Positions 47,659-60,235 of a DNA stretch of 64,000 nucleotides are shown piece after piece. The position numbers and the translations under genes are program-made. This DNA comes from Flectonema sp. DT1601 (lineage: Eukaryota). The notes under the pieces were generated by a model that was given only the letters and a program-made list of their open reading frames with translations, had not been told where the DNA came from and made no database searches. The first letter of the stretch is position 1; each line of letters opens with the position of its first letter. The stretch is from positions 310,001 through 374,000 of the forward strand of contig OZ025802.1 of the NCBI GenBank assembly GCA_964019425.1, written 5' to 3'.

Positions 47659-50600
47659 GGGCTGCAGTTTAGATGTCTTAGGTGTTAATAAGGGGTTCCT
47701 CTTAGCATTTTTCTTTGTTCCCACCTTATGATTTTCTTGAAGAAAAAAAATAGAAGTCATAATGGTGCTTCCCTCTGGAAGGGTTGTAAGCCATGGTGTC
47801 CAACTAGATTAAAGGACAAGTCTGGGATAATCCCTGCCAGAGGGGCGAGTATTCTACCATGGTTGAAATACTCTGGCAACTGATCTTCAATTTTATGTTG
47901 TTTGTTAGCTGCTGGTGTATCTTGATTATGTGTTGGTACTTGCATTTTTTTATTTGTAATCTTCTATTACAATTCTCTTTCTGTTCTGGTCTGTTACTTC
48001 ATTTGTCTTGTTTAACTTCAGTTATATCCATTTTACTTTTTATTGTTTCCCATCTACTTTTTATTTTCTATTAGTTCTGGTCAGAAACTCCTGGGCAGCA
48101 AGGAGTTGAATTTCCAGGTGAGATTTGGACTGTTAGCTTTTGGCTAAGGCCCTCCCTGAAGAGCAAGAACAAAAAAACTACTCACACCTGAAGAAAACAT
48201 ACACAAAGAACACACTGTAAGCTGTGTGTGTATTTTGTGTTTGTCACAACAGGAGAGAAAAGAAAGAATGTCAAGGTTGGTCACCTTGCCTATCAACGCA
48301 CAACATTGGTGGTCTCTACTAGACCCTGAGTGATCCCACTGGATCTCTCATCGTTCATAGTACCCTGTGTGAAGTTATAAAATCAAAGGTAAACTATGAA
48401 CTACAAATGACTTAGCCTGTTATTATAATGCCACAGGCAGGCCCTGCATTCAGCAACTATCCAGCAGTGCTTGGATGTCCTGATCTTCTTCTAAAAAAAA
48501 GAAAGAAAAACAAAACTGTAGCTGGGATCACTCAGGATCAACAGACTACCAATGCTACCTGTTGTACTTGCTCACTATGGGGGGTGATGCCAAACACCCA
48601 GAAGTACTTAACTGCTTTCCTTCTTGCTGCCCAGGAGTTTCTGACCAGAACTAATAGAAAATAAAAAGTAGATGGGAAACAATAAAAAGTAAAATGGATA
48701 TAACTGAAGTTAAACAAGACAAATGAAGTAACAGACCAGAACAGAAAGAGAATTGTAATAGAAGATTACAAATAAAAAAATGCAAGTATCAACACATGAT
48801 CAGGATACACCAGCAGCTAACAAACAACATAAAATTGAAGATCAGTTGCCAGAGTATTTCAACCATGGTAGAATACTCGCCCCTCTGGCAGGGATTATCC
48901 CAGACTTGTCCTTTAATTTAGTTGGACACCATGGCTTACAACCCTTCCAGAGGGAAGCACCATTATGACTTCTATTTTTTTTCTTCAAGAAAATCATAAG
49001 GTGGGAACAAAGAAAAATGCTAAGAGGAACCCCCTATTAACACCTAAGACATCTAAACTGCAGCCCAGCCTATGCCCAATGCACTAACAGGTCATTCCCT
49101 CACACTCAGATCAAAAAATCAAAGTTCAGAGTGCATCTTAGCGTGAATGAGAGAATTTCCTCCCGCTCATTTTGAACAAAAGGGATAGGAGAAGGGATAG
49201 AAAACGAACATAAAAATAAAATTCTAAGTGAGAAACACTTAGCAGAAACACTTAGCAGCTTTTAAGGAGCTGAAAAGCAAAAAAAAAATCTAAGTGAGAA
49301 ACACTTAGTAGAAACAATTTGTAGCTAATTAAGCTGAAAATAAAAAAATAAAAAATTTCTAAGTGAGAAATACTTAGCAACTTTTAGAACAAATATTTCA
49401 GTAAATAACCTGTAATGATTAAACCATTACAAGTTTGATGCCAAAACTGACAAGGACTGAGTTGAATTTCCAGGTGAGATTTGGACTGTTAGCTTTTGGC
49501 TAAGGCCCTCCCTGAAGAGCAAGAACAAAAAAACTACTCACACCTGAAGAAAACATACACAAAGAACACACTGTAAGCTGTGTGTGTATTTTGTGTTTGT
49601 CACAACAGGAGAGAAAAGAAAGAATGTCAAGGTTGGTCACCTTGCCTATCAACGCACAACATTGGTGGTCTCTACTAGACCCTGAGTGATCCCACTGGAT
49701 CTCTCATCGTTCATAGTACCCTGTGTGAAGTTATAAAATCAAAGGTAAACTATGAACTACAAATGACTTAGCCTGTTATTATAATGCCACAGGCAGGCCC
49801 TAACAAACAACATAAAATTGAAGATCAGTTGCCAGAGTATTTCAACCATGGTAGAATACTCGCCCCTCTGGCAGGGATTATCCCAGACTTGTCCTTTAAT
49901 TTAGTTGGACACCATGGAAAGCAGTTTAGTACTTCTGGGTGTTTGGCATCACCCCCCATAGTGAGCAAGTACAACAGGTAGCATTGGTAGTCTGTTGATC
50001 CTGAGTGATCCCAGCTACAGTTTTGTTTTTCTTTCTTTTTTTTAGAAGAAGATCAGGACATCCAAGCACTGCTGGATAGTTGCTGAATGCAGGGCCTGCC
50101 TGTGGCATTATAATAACAGGCTAAGTCATTTGTAGTTCATAGTTTACCTTTGATTTTATAACTTCACATAGGTACTATGAACGATGAGAGATCCAGTGGG
50201 ATCACTCAGGGTCTAGTAGAGACCACCAATGTTGTGCGTTGATAGGCAAGGTGACCAACCTTGACATTCTTTCTTTTCTCTCCTGTTGTGACAAACACAA
50301 AATACACACACAGCTTACAGTGTGTTCTTTGTGTATGTTTTCTTCAGGTGTGAGTAGTTTTTTTGTTCTTGCTCTTCAGGGAGGGCCTTAGCCAAAAGCT
50401 AACAGTCCAAATCTCACCTGGAAATTCAACTCTTATAAAAATCAAAGGCCGCCCCCCAACCCAAGAAAAGGATGAAAAACTTTCAAGCGAAAAAACTTGA
50501 CGTCCGTACGCCCCAGAGATCAAAGGACGGACGACTCACACCCCCTTCTTTCGCCCCATTTTATTTACTGGTACAGCGACAAATGTAAAGCTGGGTAGAC

Positions 50601-51938
50601 GACGAATTATCTTTTGTGCACAGAGACAAGGGATCCATGAGAACAAAGGATCAAGAGAAGAAGTGCACATTCCCCCTTCCCAAACCCAGAAACATGAGAA
50701 CTCATTAAATTGAAGGGTCATGTCTGCCAGAGGGGCGAGTATTCTACCATGGTTGAAATACTCTGGCAACTGATCTTCAATTTTATGTTGTTTGTTAGCT
50801 GCTGGTGTATCTTGATTATGTGTTGATACTTGCATTTTTTTATTTGTAATCTTCTATTACAATTCTCTTTCTGTTCTGGTCTGTTACTTCATTTGTCTTG
50901 TTTAACTTCAGTTATATCGATTTTACTTTTTATTGTTTCCCATCTACTTTTTATTTTCTATTAGTTCTGGTCAGAAACTCCTGGGCAGCAAGAAGGAAAG
51001 CAGTTTAGTACTTCTGGGTGTTTGGCATCACCCCCCGTAGTGAGCAAGTACAACAGGTAGCATTGGTAGTCTGTAGATCCTGAGTGATCCCAGCTACAGT
51101 TTTGTTTTTCTTTCTTTTTTTTAGAAGAAGATCAGGACATCCAAGCACTGCTGGATAGTTGCTGAATGCAGGGCCTGCCTGTGGCATTATAATAACAGGC
51201 TAAGTCATTTGTAGTTCATAGTTTACCTTTGATTTTATAACTTCACACAGGGTACTATGAACGATGAGAGATCCAGTGGGATCACTCAGGGTCTAGTAGA
51301 GACCACCAATGTTGTGCGTTGATAGGCAAGGTGACCAACCTTGACATTCTTTCTTTTCTCTCCTGTTGTGACAAACACAAAATACACACACAGCTTACAG
51401 TGTGTTCTTTGTGTATGTTTTCTTCAGGTGTGAGTAGTTTTTTTGTTCTTGCTCTTCAGGGAGGGCCTTAGCTAAAAGCTAACAGTCCAAATCTCACCTG
51501 GAAATTAAACTCTTTCAAGTCGAAAAATGCTTAAATGCTGAAGAAGACTGTCGTCCCCAGCTCGCGGGTTTTCCCTGTCGCTGTATGTCGAGACAACGAT
51601 CAGGGTCAGTAGAAAGATTGTACAAATTTGTTGTATAATGAGAGAGGACAAAGAAAGTAGTTTCCATTTTATCTTCCCGAAAAAAAAAAAAAAAAAAAAA
51701 AAAAAAAGATATCAAATATTTCTATCCCTTTATCAGTTCTCACACCCCTGTCTTCATCACAAGAAAACTTATATTTAAATTTTCTCTCCTGTTGTGACAA
51801 ACACAAAATACAAACACAGCTTACAGTGTGTTCTTTGTGTATGTTTTCTTCAGGTGTGAGTAGTTTTTTTGTTCTTGCTCTTCAGGGAGGGCCTTAGCCA
51901 AAAGCTAACAGTCCAAATCTCACCTGGAAATTCAACTC
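47659..51938. mobile_element. Cluster of at least six R copies in both orientations
   Basis: R(+) 47659-48102, R(-) 48103-49458, R(-) 49459-49916 (internally deleted), R(+) ~49916-50432, R(+) 50722-51512, R(+) 51781-51938. Intact ends read CACCTGGAAATT(C/A)AACTC. Confidence 0.85.
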
Positions 51939-51948
51939 AAGTTAAAGA

Positions 51949-53184
51949 ATGACTCGTGTAAATTTTGAGTTCCCTGAGTTCTTAATTGAGACTTGGAAGG
52001 CGCCGATGGGTGAGGAACCACCAAAGAAGCTCGATAATATCAATCTGGACGAGCTGGTTGCAAGCATCCCCTTTAGCATCGACTTAAGTACATTGAGATC
52101 CGACAAGCATCCCCTTTAGCATCGACTTAAGTACATTGAGATCCGACAAGAAGGTTGATCCAAGGCACACTGGCCATGTGTCTCGGGATCTCCAATGATG
52201 CGGCCAAGACACTTTCGATGAATAAGTGTCTAGTAATACTTGGTGTGTTATCAAGGAGCCGCCTGCAGTTGGTCAACCAGAGCGCCGCCCGGATGAGCGA
52301 GCGGATATCTAAGGGGGGGTCGGATAGGCTGGCGACGCACGACGAGGCGGAGGATGCGATGGGATCGCTGCAGCAGAGCACAGACACACTGAGAAGTGAT
52401 ACCAAGCAGGGGTTCGACTCGCTGAGAAGCGAAACGCAGACGGCGTTTAGCCAGTATCAGAGAGAGAGCCAATCAGTGAGGAGAAGGGTTGGGGAGGCCA
52501 CTGAAAAAGCCGAGAACATCGGAGGCATGTGGGAGGCCTTCAGAGAACAACAGACCCAACAACAACAACAACAAGCTAGCGTTATCCAGCAAATCACACA
52601 ACAGCAGAGAGATCAGCAAAAGCAGAATGCAGAAGTGATCCAGAAAATCTTACAAGAAATAGCAGATCTGAAGAACGGGTTGACTACGGCTCAACAAGTT
52701 CCAGTAGTCGGGGGGGCAGCACAGCAACTACCAGCACCGGGGTCGAACGAAGCGATGACACGGGAGGTGACTGATCCGTCTGCAGGCAGGGATGTAACAA
52801 AGTGGGCATCCGTTATGAAGTCAGGAAAGACCGAGGCACTGATCCATGGGATCAGGGAGCGATATGTGAACGGTCTGGAGTACAAGGTTGGTGGGCCAGC
52901 TACTTGGCTTCTTCAGGCAGTTGAAGAACTTCGTTCTCGGTTTGGAGTACGTTGAAGGGTGGGAGGAGAACCCGCACTTTGTGGAGTTGGGGAACGAGCT
53001 GTTGGAGCAACTGCGGATGCAGTATTACTTTTGCAAGGGTGGTACGAAGAGATCAGAGTTGGAGATGATCTTAGAAGTTGCATCGGAGGACCCTCTGGAG
53101 AAAGCAAACGCAATAGCGAAGAGAAATAGAAATGCGAAGATGCAACAACCGAAACGGAAAGGGGGGAGATCGTTTGTCGAATAA
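51949..53184 (+). pseudogene. Disrupted gag-like ORF1 of a DIRS/VIPER-like retroelement
   Basis: Homologous to 57680-58534 (F(E/D)FPE, PFS, IQGT, H(D/E)EAE(D/E)AM..L...TDTLR). Contains a 43-bp tandem duplication at 52062-52147 and a further frameshift. Confidence 0.55.
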
Positions 53185-56100
53185 GAAATTTGGGAGAGGA
53201 ATAGGGGCAGTGAACTTTTGATTCAGGCCCTTCCCATCGAACAGGACGAAGACTTCTAAAACCTGAGATGAACCAATTGAGTTGAAACAAACAAATAACA
53301 GAGACGCAACACATACCGGAACATCATCGCAAGCAATGCTTCGGACCTCTGTCGACCTTCGTTCTTCCGGCGGCAAAGAGGAACAAGAAAGAACGGGCAA
53401 TGCAAACCTGTTAGTTGGTGTTGTGTTGTTGTTAAAAACAAAAACATAAACGCCAGGAAGTTCGACAACGAAGACATCGACATCGATCGCTGCTCTGCAG
53501 ATGTCCGGCGGGTGTTTGTCTACACTGTGTTTATTGTTTGTTTTTTTCCCAAGGTTCAACCTTGGGAAGAGAAGTAAAAAATTCCGTCAATGTTGGCCTT
53601 CCTGTTCGAAGGTGCGCACCAATGACGATAAATAGAGTGGGGGGAGAAAACCTTTGATCCAACTGGATCCCTTCACGAGCTGACATTGCCATGTGAAGTT
53701 AAATATTCTGGCGATGCCAGCTCAGGCGACTTAGCCTGCTTTTTTCTTTAACCCTTTAAGCCCTGAAGGCCACTATAGTGGCCTTTCGCGTTTTTTTTTT
53801 TTTTGACAAAGGGGAAAAATGTACCTTGTGAGTACAAGGGTGGAGCCAGAGCTGCCAAAAAACGACAAATTTTATGTGGGATCGTGCTGCAAAAATCACC
53901 AGCTTTTTCTGAGAAAAAGTTCATTTTTTTTTTTCTGCACTGGGAACAGTCTTAGCCAGGTTGCCCATGACTATCCCATGTTTTCAGCCAAAAATTAAAA
54001 TCCCTAAAACTTTTTCCATCGAAAATGATTCAGTAGGGTCACCTATCCCAGATTTGGGTGCTCCTGAGTCTTCTTCGAGCGATGAAAAGAGTACAATAGA
54101 GCCAAGCATTTCCCCCCTGAAATGGAGCAAGAAAATCACCAAGGTAAAACGACACACGTTTCGGCGGTCCTTGCAGAACATGTCAGACCTGAAATTGATG
54201 AAGGAACTGCAGAAATTTGAACTTGTGTTCACCCCAAAGGTGATGAGATGATTTCGCACTGCAGCAACAACTAGGCACTCAATCTTAACGTAGCTGAACT
54301 CAAACTCTCTTTAGGACTCAATATCTTCGTGGGTCTCTGTGATAAGCCAAATATCTCAGATTACAGGAACGGTACATCAGACCCAGCATACACACCCCAC
54401 TTCGCTTCCTGAGATCGGTTCCTCTAAATTCGAACCAATCTAAAGTTTTACACTGTCACCAACCCCGTACCTGCTGACAAGCTCTACAAAATCCGCAGCT
54501 TTTGGGACACAATAGTTCCCAAATGGTCCGAGACCAATAAGGCAGAGGCGCAGGGACGGGTGGAGAAGTTCTCTGCCTCGTACTTTCAGTCCTTAGCACA
54601 ATGTGCATCACATAAATTCAGGGACAATCCAAAGAAGTACATGTCTTCAGCACATTGCCTCTCGAGGAGAATTATGAGACAGCCACGTGATGGACTAAAA
54701 TAAGGAAATCCATCAAAAAGTGACCATCGACTTACCGGTACATATCCATCAATACAACAAACTGATGGGTGGTGTTGACCTCGTAGACGGTATCAGGGGG
54801 AAGGCAAGAAGAACTCTGATGACAAAACGCTGGACCCTGAAAGTCATTCACTACTTGTTAGAGATTTCCATCTTCAATGTTTTCACCCTCCAAAAGAAGT
54901 CTGAAAAAGACGTCGTGACATATGCTCAGTTCAAAAAAAGGCCATGCTCTCAACTTATTGATCATGGAACACACCAAACTCACACAAAATGTCACTACCT
55001 ACGAAAATTTGATATTTTTGGGGACTGCAGTTCACGGATTTGTTCTCAAAAAAAGTAAGGTCATCGACTTCTTGTTCAAAAAGAGGTTTTCTTATGCATG
55101 GATCCCTGCTTCGAACAATATCACGAAAATATTGACAAGTATTCAGCCCCTGTTTGTTTTTTTTCAACAACCATACCTTTGCCACACACAATCATATCCC
55201 ACCGAAAAACATGAAACGGAAGCACTCTACTCCTACAACATTGCTAAAATCAAAGCGAACCCAGGGGTCCTAAGCAACAGTGTTTTTTTAGGCTGTTGTT
55301 GCATTTTCTCAAGTTATTTTGGCCCCCTTGCGGGCTGACCTCAGTTTTTTTTCAATGCGCGGGGGGGTGTCTTTCACCCTGTAATTTTTTTTGTATTTTT
55401 CCCCACACCCCTTTTCCCCTTTGTCAAATTTTTCGATTTTTCTCAAAAACAAGGTTTTTGGCCTCTTATTAAAGGGTTAAATAAAAAAAATAAAAAGATA
55501 CCAACAGGTGGGGTGATGGGTTGCGCCACTGCAATCCAGTCACAAAAAGAAACAAAGGTAATCTCCAGGGTTCTCGACCCTTGGCTCTCCCTGCGCAAGC
55601 ATCGCATGGAGGGTGACGCTAAGCACCCGGGGGGTACGAAACAAACTTCCCCCCTGCTGTCCTGTTTGAAATAAAAAAAAAAACAAAGGGATAGAAGTAA
55701 ACAGAATACGTTACACCTCAGCAGGTGACGCTAAACACCCAGGGGATACAAACCAAACTTTCCCCCTGTTGCCCTGTTTGAAATAAATTAAAAAAAGAAC
55801 AAGAAAACAGAATACAATACTCAGCAATCAGACTCGTTCACCCGCTTCGCCAGAGCCGTTCGAGCCGATGCTCATGTAAAGTTACCTGTTTTCTTTTAAC
55901 AAATTAAATAAAATAAAATAAATAAAAATAAAGCAGCGCAACGGAGAGGAATACATAACACCTCGACTCTTGCGCTAGCATCGCAAGGGGGGTACCCGGG
56001 AGATACAAACCAAGCTTTCTCTGGAAACAATACCTAACAATCAGTGCGTTCACTGGCCTTAGGGCTGTTCGGACTTATGCTTTGGACTGTTCCCTTGCAG

Positions 56101-56476
56101 AAAAAAAAAGTAAAATAAACCAACTTTGGGACATTAGAAAAGCATAAAAAAAAAGTTGCTACAATCAAAAGACAACTGCAAAAAAAAAGGTTTTTGTAGG
56201 GGAGCTACAATGTAGCAATAATGTCACACAGTCATGTGGCAAGCTGAATAAGAAATTTGGGAGAGGAATAGGGGCAGTGAACTTTTGATTCAGGCCCTTC
56301 CCATCGAACAGGACGAAGACTTCTAAAACCTGAGATGAACCAATTGAGTTGAAACAAACAAATAACAGAGACGCAACACATACCGGAACATCATCGCAAG
56401 CAATGCTTCGGACCTCTGTCGACCTTCGTTCTTCCGGCGGCAAAGAGGAACAAGAAAGAACGGGCAATGAGACAAA
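53181..56476. repeat. Inverse copy of the S repeat, interrupted by the piggyBac
   Basis: Reverse complement of the 35-37 kb unit. A ~230-bp block is repeated at 53181-53410 and 56247-56476. Confidence 0.8.
53752..55476 (+). mobile_element. Defective piggyBac DNA transposon
   Basis: TTAA|CCCTTTAA...TTAAAGGG|TTAA. 17-bp subterminal inverted repeats at 53802-53818 and 55412-55428. Transposase motif YNKLMGGVDLVD...KRWTLKV in fragmented ORFs. Confidence 0.92.
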
Positions 56477-57530
56477 CCTACGTATCCATCGTCGGGAAAC
56501 GGGAGAGGGTTCGCGAAGTGACCAGCCGACCGGACCCTGCAAGTAACAACAAAACCAACGTTCCTAAAACGAAGGTTAGACACGCAAGTATTGGAAACAT
56601 CCCCATTGCCAAAGTTAAAGTTGAGAAAGCCCGCAAGACTTATGCAGAAGCACTCAAGACAGGTGTTGAGGAGCAGCCGACTAAAAGCAAGGTTAGGAGG
56701 ATCTGTAAGTTTAATCGTTCAAGACCCGGACAACATTGTAAAATCCGCAGTCCGAGGATTCCCCAGCGGAAGGGAGATGAAAATAAGCTCAGTTGGAACA
56801 GAAGAGATCGCAGATTCAACGGAAACAATGCCCTCAGAAGGATTAGAAGGAAATGTGGTTGGGAAGATCCTGTTGGACATGATGGAGGGATGCCCAGAGG
56901 GGACGAAGAGGCGGCAGAAAGAGGGGAGGACTGCCGAAGTGTTTGTAGATGCCTCATTGCAGGGATGGGGAGGTGTCATCGTTTGGAAAACAGGTGAGCT
57001 GGAAATTCTTGGTGCGGCATGGCCTGCTGGTGAAGACCGACATATAAATATCCTTGAAGCGGACGCTCTTGGACAGACACTCAAAGGAATTGCAAAGGCC
57101 GACCACCTTTCCATCTGGGTTGACAACACTACAGTTTGTGGTGCTTTTAGGAAGAAGATGTGTGTTCGCTCACAAAGTCTCAACAGGTGTTTGATAACTG
57201 CGATTGAATGCCTTTTAGTTTTGAAATGTTCCTACTCCCTTGCCTAGGTAAGCACGAAGCTAAACCCAGCAGACATTCCTTCTCGAGAGGAAGTCTCACA
57301 TGGGACGAGAGCGAAGGTTGAACAAGCGTTGGGGTCGTTCTTTAACTCGCGTGGTGGTGGTGGTGCCGGTGTCCTGTCGAATCGAAACGGCCCGGTACAA
57401 CCCCTACGCAGAAGTAATCTGCACCACAGTGTAGATTCTTCTTTGTGATCTCAGACTTGTTAACTGCATGTTCATTCAATTAAGTATACTTCTCTTTCCC
57501 AGGTGCATACAGTATAGGAAGGCTAATTAC
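56477..57530 (+). mobile_element. DIRS/VIPER-like remnant: RNase H and 3' terminus
   Basis: VFVDASLQGWGGV, HINILEADAL, WVDNTTV and (stop)VSTKLNPADIPSR match the DIRS1-type RNase H. RT and tyrosine-recombinase cores were not recognised. Confidence 0.8.
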
Positions 57531-58534
57531 CGAAATTACTTTGTGTGTATTTTATTCCACTTCTCTTACCTCGTGCATATTATATATTCGGCGTGGGTGG
57601 TCTGTTATTAGTTTTATCGTTATTATCGAACTTCTTCTGCAGTTCACAGCCACTCACCCACTTCCACTCTTCAATTCAAAATGTCAATATTATTGATTTT
57701 GATTTCCCTGAAGTGTTAGAAGTTATCTGGAAGAAAAAATTTGACTGCGAAGTTACAACCAGGCAACGGGTGGATCTAGCGTTGATGGCAAGTGAGCTGC
57801 CTTTTAGTGTTTCATTGGAGGATCTGACTCAACTCAAAGGGCAATGATTCAGGGAACTGTGGCAGCTGTACTTGGTGTGAATCTACCAGTGATGAAGACA
57901 GTTCAAATACACCGAGTAGTTGTAGTTCTTGCTATCTTGGCAAGGATGAACCGGGAGATGATGATGGAGAATGGTGTTCGACTGCAAGCCACCCCAACAA
58001 ACAGGGTGGTTATGCATGAAGAGGCGGAAGAAGCGATGGCAACGCTGCGTGACGACACCGACACCCTCCGCAATCTCACACAACAAAAGGTCAACAACTT
58101 GACTAATCACCAACGCCACCTTCAATGACGCAGCAGCAGCAGTCAACCTCCTGCAGGCAGGAGAGCAATTAGTTCGGCGGCATATTAATGTCAATGTAGA
58201 TCGCCAACAGAAGTTGGAGGAGATGATGGCAGGATTCATCGGTCAACAGCAGGGGACCATGTCCCGATTGACGAAGGAGGTATTGGATCTCAAGGGGAGA
58301 GTTGATGCTGCCCCACATCATAATCATCCACCAATGCCACCGCCACCACCACTACCAGAACACAGCATGCCAGCTAATACCTTTACGCATCCACCAGTTA
58401 TGGAAGTACCTGCCATCGACCGTTTGCAAGACCTGGCGTCATTGACAGATGCCCAAGGTTGGGCGGGATTGATTTGTATGGGAGGTGCAGAAAGGTTAAT
58501 TAATGACATGGTTGGGGAGGAAACGCAGCCTTGA
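57531..58534 (+). mobile_element. 5' end and frameshifted gag-like ORF of a second DIRS/VIPER-like copy
   Basis: The leader is nearly identical to the mini-element segment at 24517-24670 (minus strand). The ORF fragments are homologous to 51949-53184. Confidence 0.6.
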
Positions 58535-58766
58535 AAGACACTTACTTCAAAAGGGCATTACCCCATCCTGGTGTCGAAAAGAGAACGTAGCTGCAGAAAA
58601 TGTTCGTCAGGCGTGGGCCATGGATCTGAGTGAAACAGATCTACACCAAGTCAAGTAAAGTGAAGACAGACACATTCTAAAATGAGAATTGACCAAACAG
58701 GTGATGGCAAATAAATCAAAACAATTCAATAAATTATTTTCCTCTTCTTAAACATTCCAACCAATT

Positions 58767-59535
58767 CAACTTCACCACAAATCACAACACAAAGAACAAA
58801 TTCAGAAAAATCAAGGAAGGCAACCGAAATAATAGTTTCACACACACATTTGCACCTCCGAAACACGCAACACACACAAACCATAGCAGGAACTCAAATA
58901 GGAAACACGAACACTCAAACCACACATGCAAATACACACACTCACACAAAAGGTAATAAGAACTCGTCAGAGTTTCAACACACAACACTTCACAACACAC
59001 AGCAATCTCCGTACATGCAACCACTTTCCAGAACCCCCTGCGAATCACCTCGGGCGCAGATTTCAGATCTGCCTCGACCGAGCGATAAGCGCCAATGGGT
59101 CCAGCAAAAAAAGAAAGGAAACATGCCTCCAGTTCGGAGCGAACGCTTCTCGAAAACAAGAGAAACCAATCAAACAGAAAAAGTACAGAGAACATGAAGT
59201 CAGCCGGCTGCTTCAAGGCTGCAACTGGCTGCTTCATTCACCCAAGCCATTACGAGGTCAGCAAACCTGACACAATAAGAAGCTCACAAAAGAAGGTAAC
59301 CTAGGAAGTACAAATCGGAATTGGTAGTCACAAATCAAAACACAACACAACTTCACTAGAATTCACAACACGAAGAACAAGTTTAGTAAAATCAAGGAAA
59401 AAGAAATAGTTTCACAAAACATCAGACACAGACATCAGACACACGAGCACTCAAACCACACGAATGAACACACAACACACACACAAAGGGTAATGAGAAC
59501 TCGTCAGAGTTTCAACACGCAACACACAACACACA
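58767..59535. repeat. Diverged CA-rich direct repeat pair (~58767-58995 and ~59348-59535)
   Basis: Shared blocks CAACTTCAC, AAAATCAAGGAA, CACTCAAACCACAC and AGAACTCGTCAGAGTTTCAACAC. Confidence 0.65.
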
Positions 59536-60235
59536 CACCAGGAGGTTTAGTGAAGCCTCTGCTACAAAATACTGACTGAATTGCACAATTGGTGTAAATA
59601 AAGATTAGCAGAACTAAAACAGTCTAATTTTGATTATCATCCAAATTGGGAATAGTTAAGTTATCTAATCTTTTAGTTGAGGATTAGAAAGACTTCATGA
59701 TCAAGAGTAGCACTGATTTGTGAACAGCTGTCAATCTTTGACACTAATATCTGAATAGAAAAGAAAGAAATAGTAGTTACTTGTGTGTAATGACCGTGCT
59801 GTTGAAATTTGAATTGCGGAAAGCAACCCATCTGGCAAATGAAGGCCTCTGATCCAAAGAAGCAGCTGCTACCGTTTTGTATTATCAACAAACAAACATT
59901 TGCTGAATATCCTAAACTGCTTCAGACAGTTAGGAATTCTACCACTGGTGAGAGAATAGGTAAAGAGGTAATATGATTAGCTTTCAAATACCTAAATAGT
60001 TAAGGTCAAGGAAGGGTTAAGTTAATCATCACTTGTGGTTCGCTGTATTTGAAGAGTAGACGTGACTAATGAAAAAAAATGAAATAAAAATCTCAAAACT
60101 AAACACCGCTAAACTATTCGTGTTAAAGTGTGTAAATGGATTCGACAGGAAGATAAATAACAAGTAGGAGAACTTTTTTTATTGTTACCTGACTAGAATT
60201 ATTTCTTTCCCTCATCATAAGATGAGATTTTTATT

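Noticed and set aside
48428..48968. Repeated short ORFs MPQAGPAF... and MQVSTHDQ...
   Set aside because: Incidental ORFs in near-identical R copies, with variable stops and no protein motifs.
57830..57860. Programmed frameshift before IQGT in both gag-like copies
   Set aside because: The required shifts differ between the copies, and one is confounded by a 43-bp duplication. Decay is the simpler explanation.
58955..58980. Hammerhead ribozyme (minus-strand GAAAC-T-CTGACGAG, also at ~59500)
   Set aside because: The core motifs are adjacent with no room for stems I and III, and no stem II followed by GAAA. It is only a small AACTC/GAGTT hairpin.
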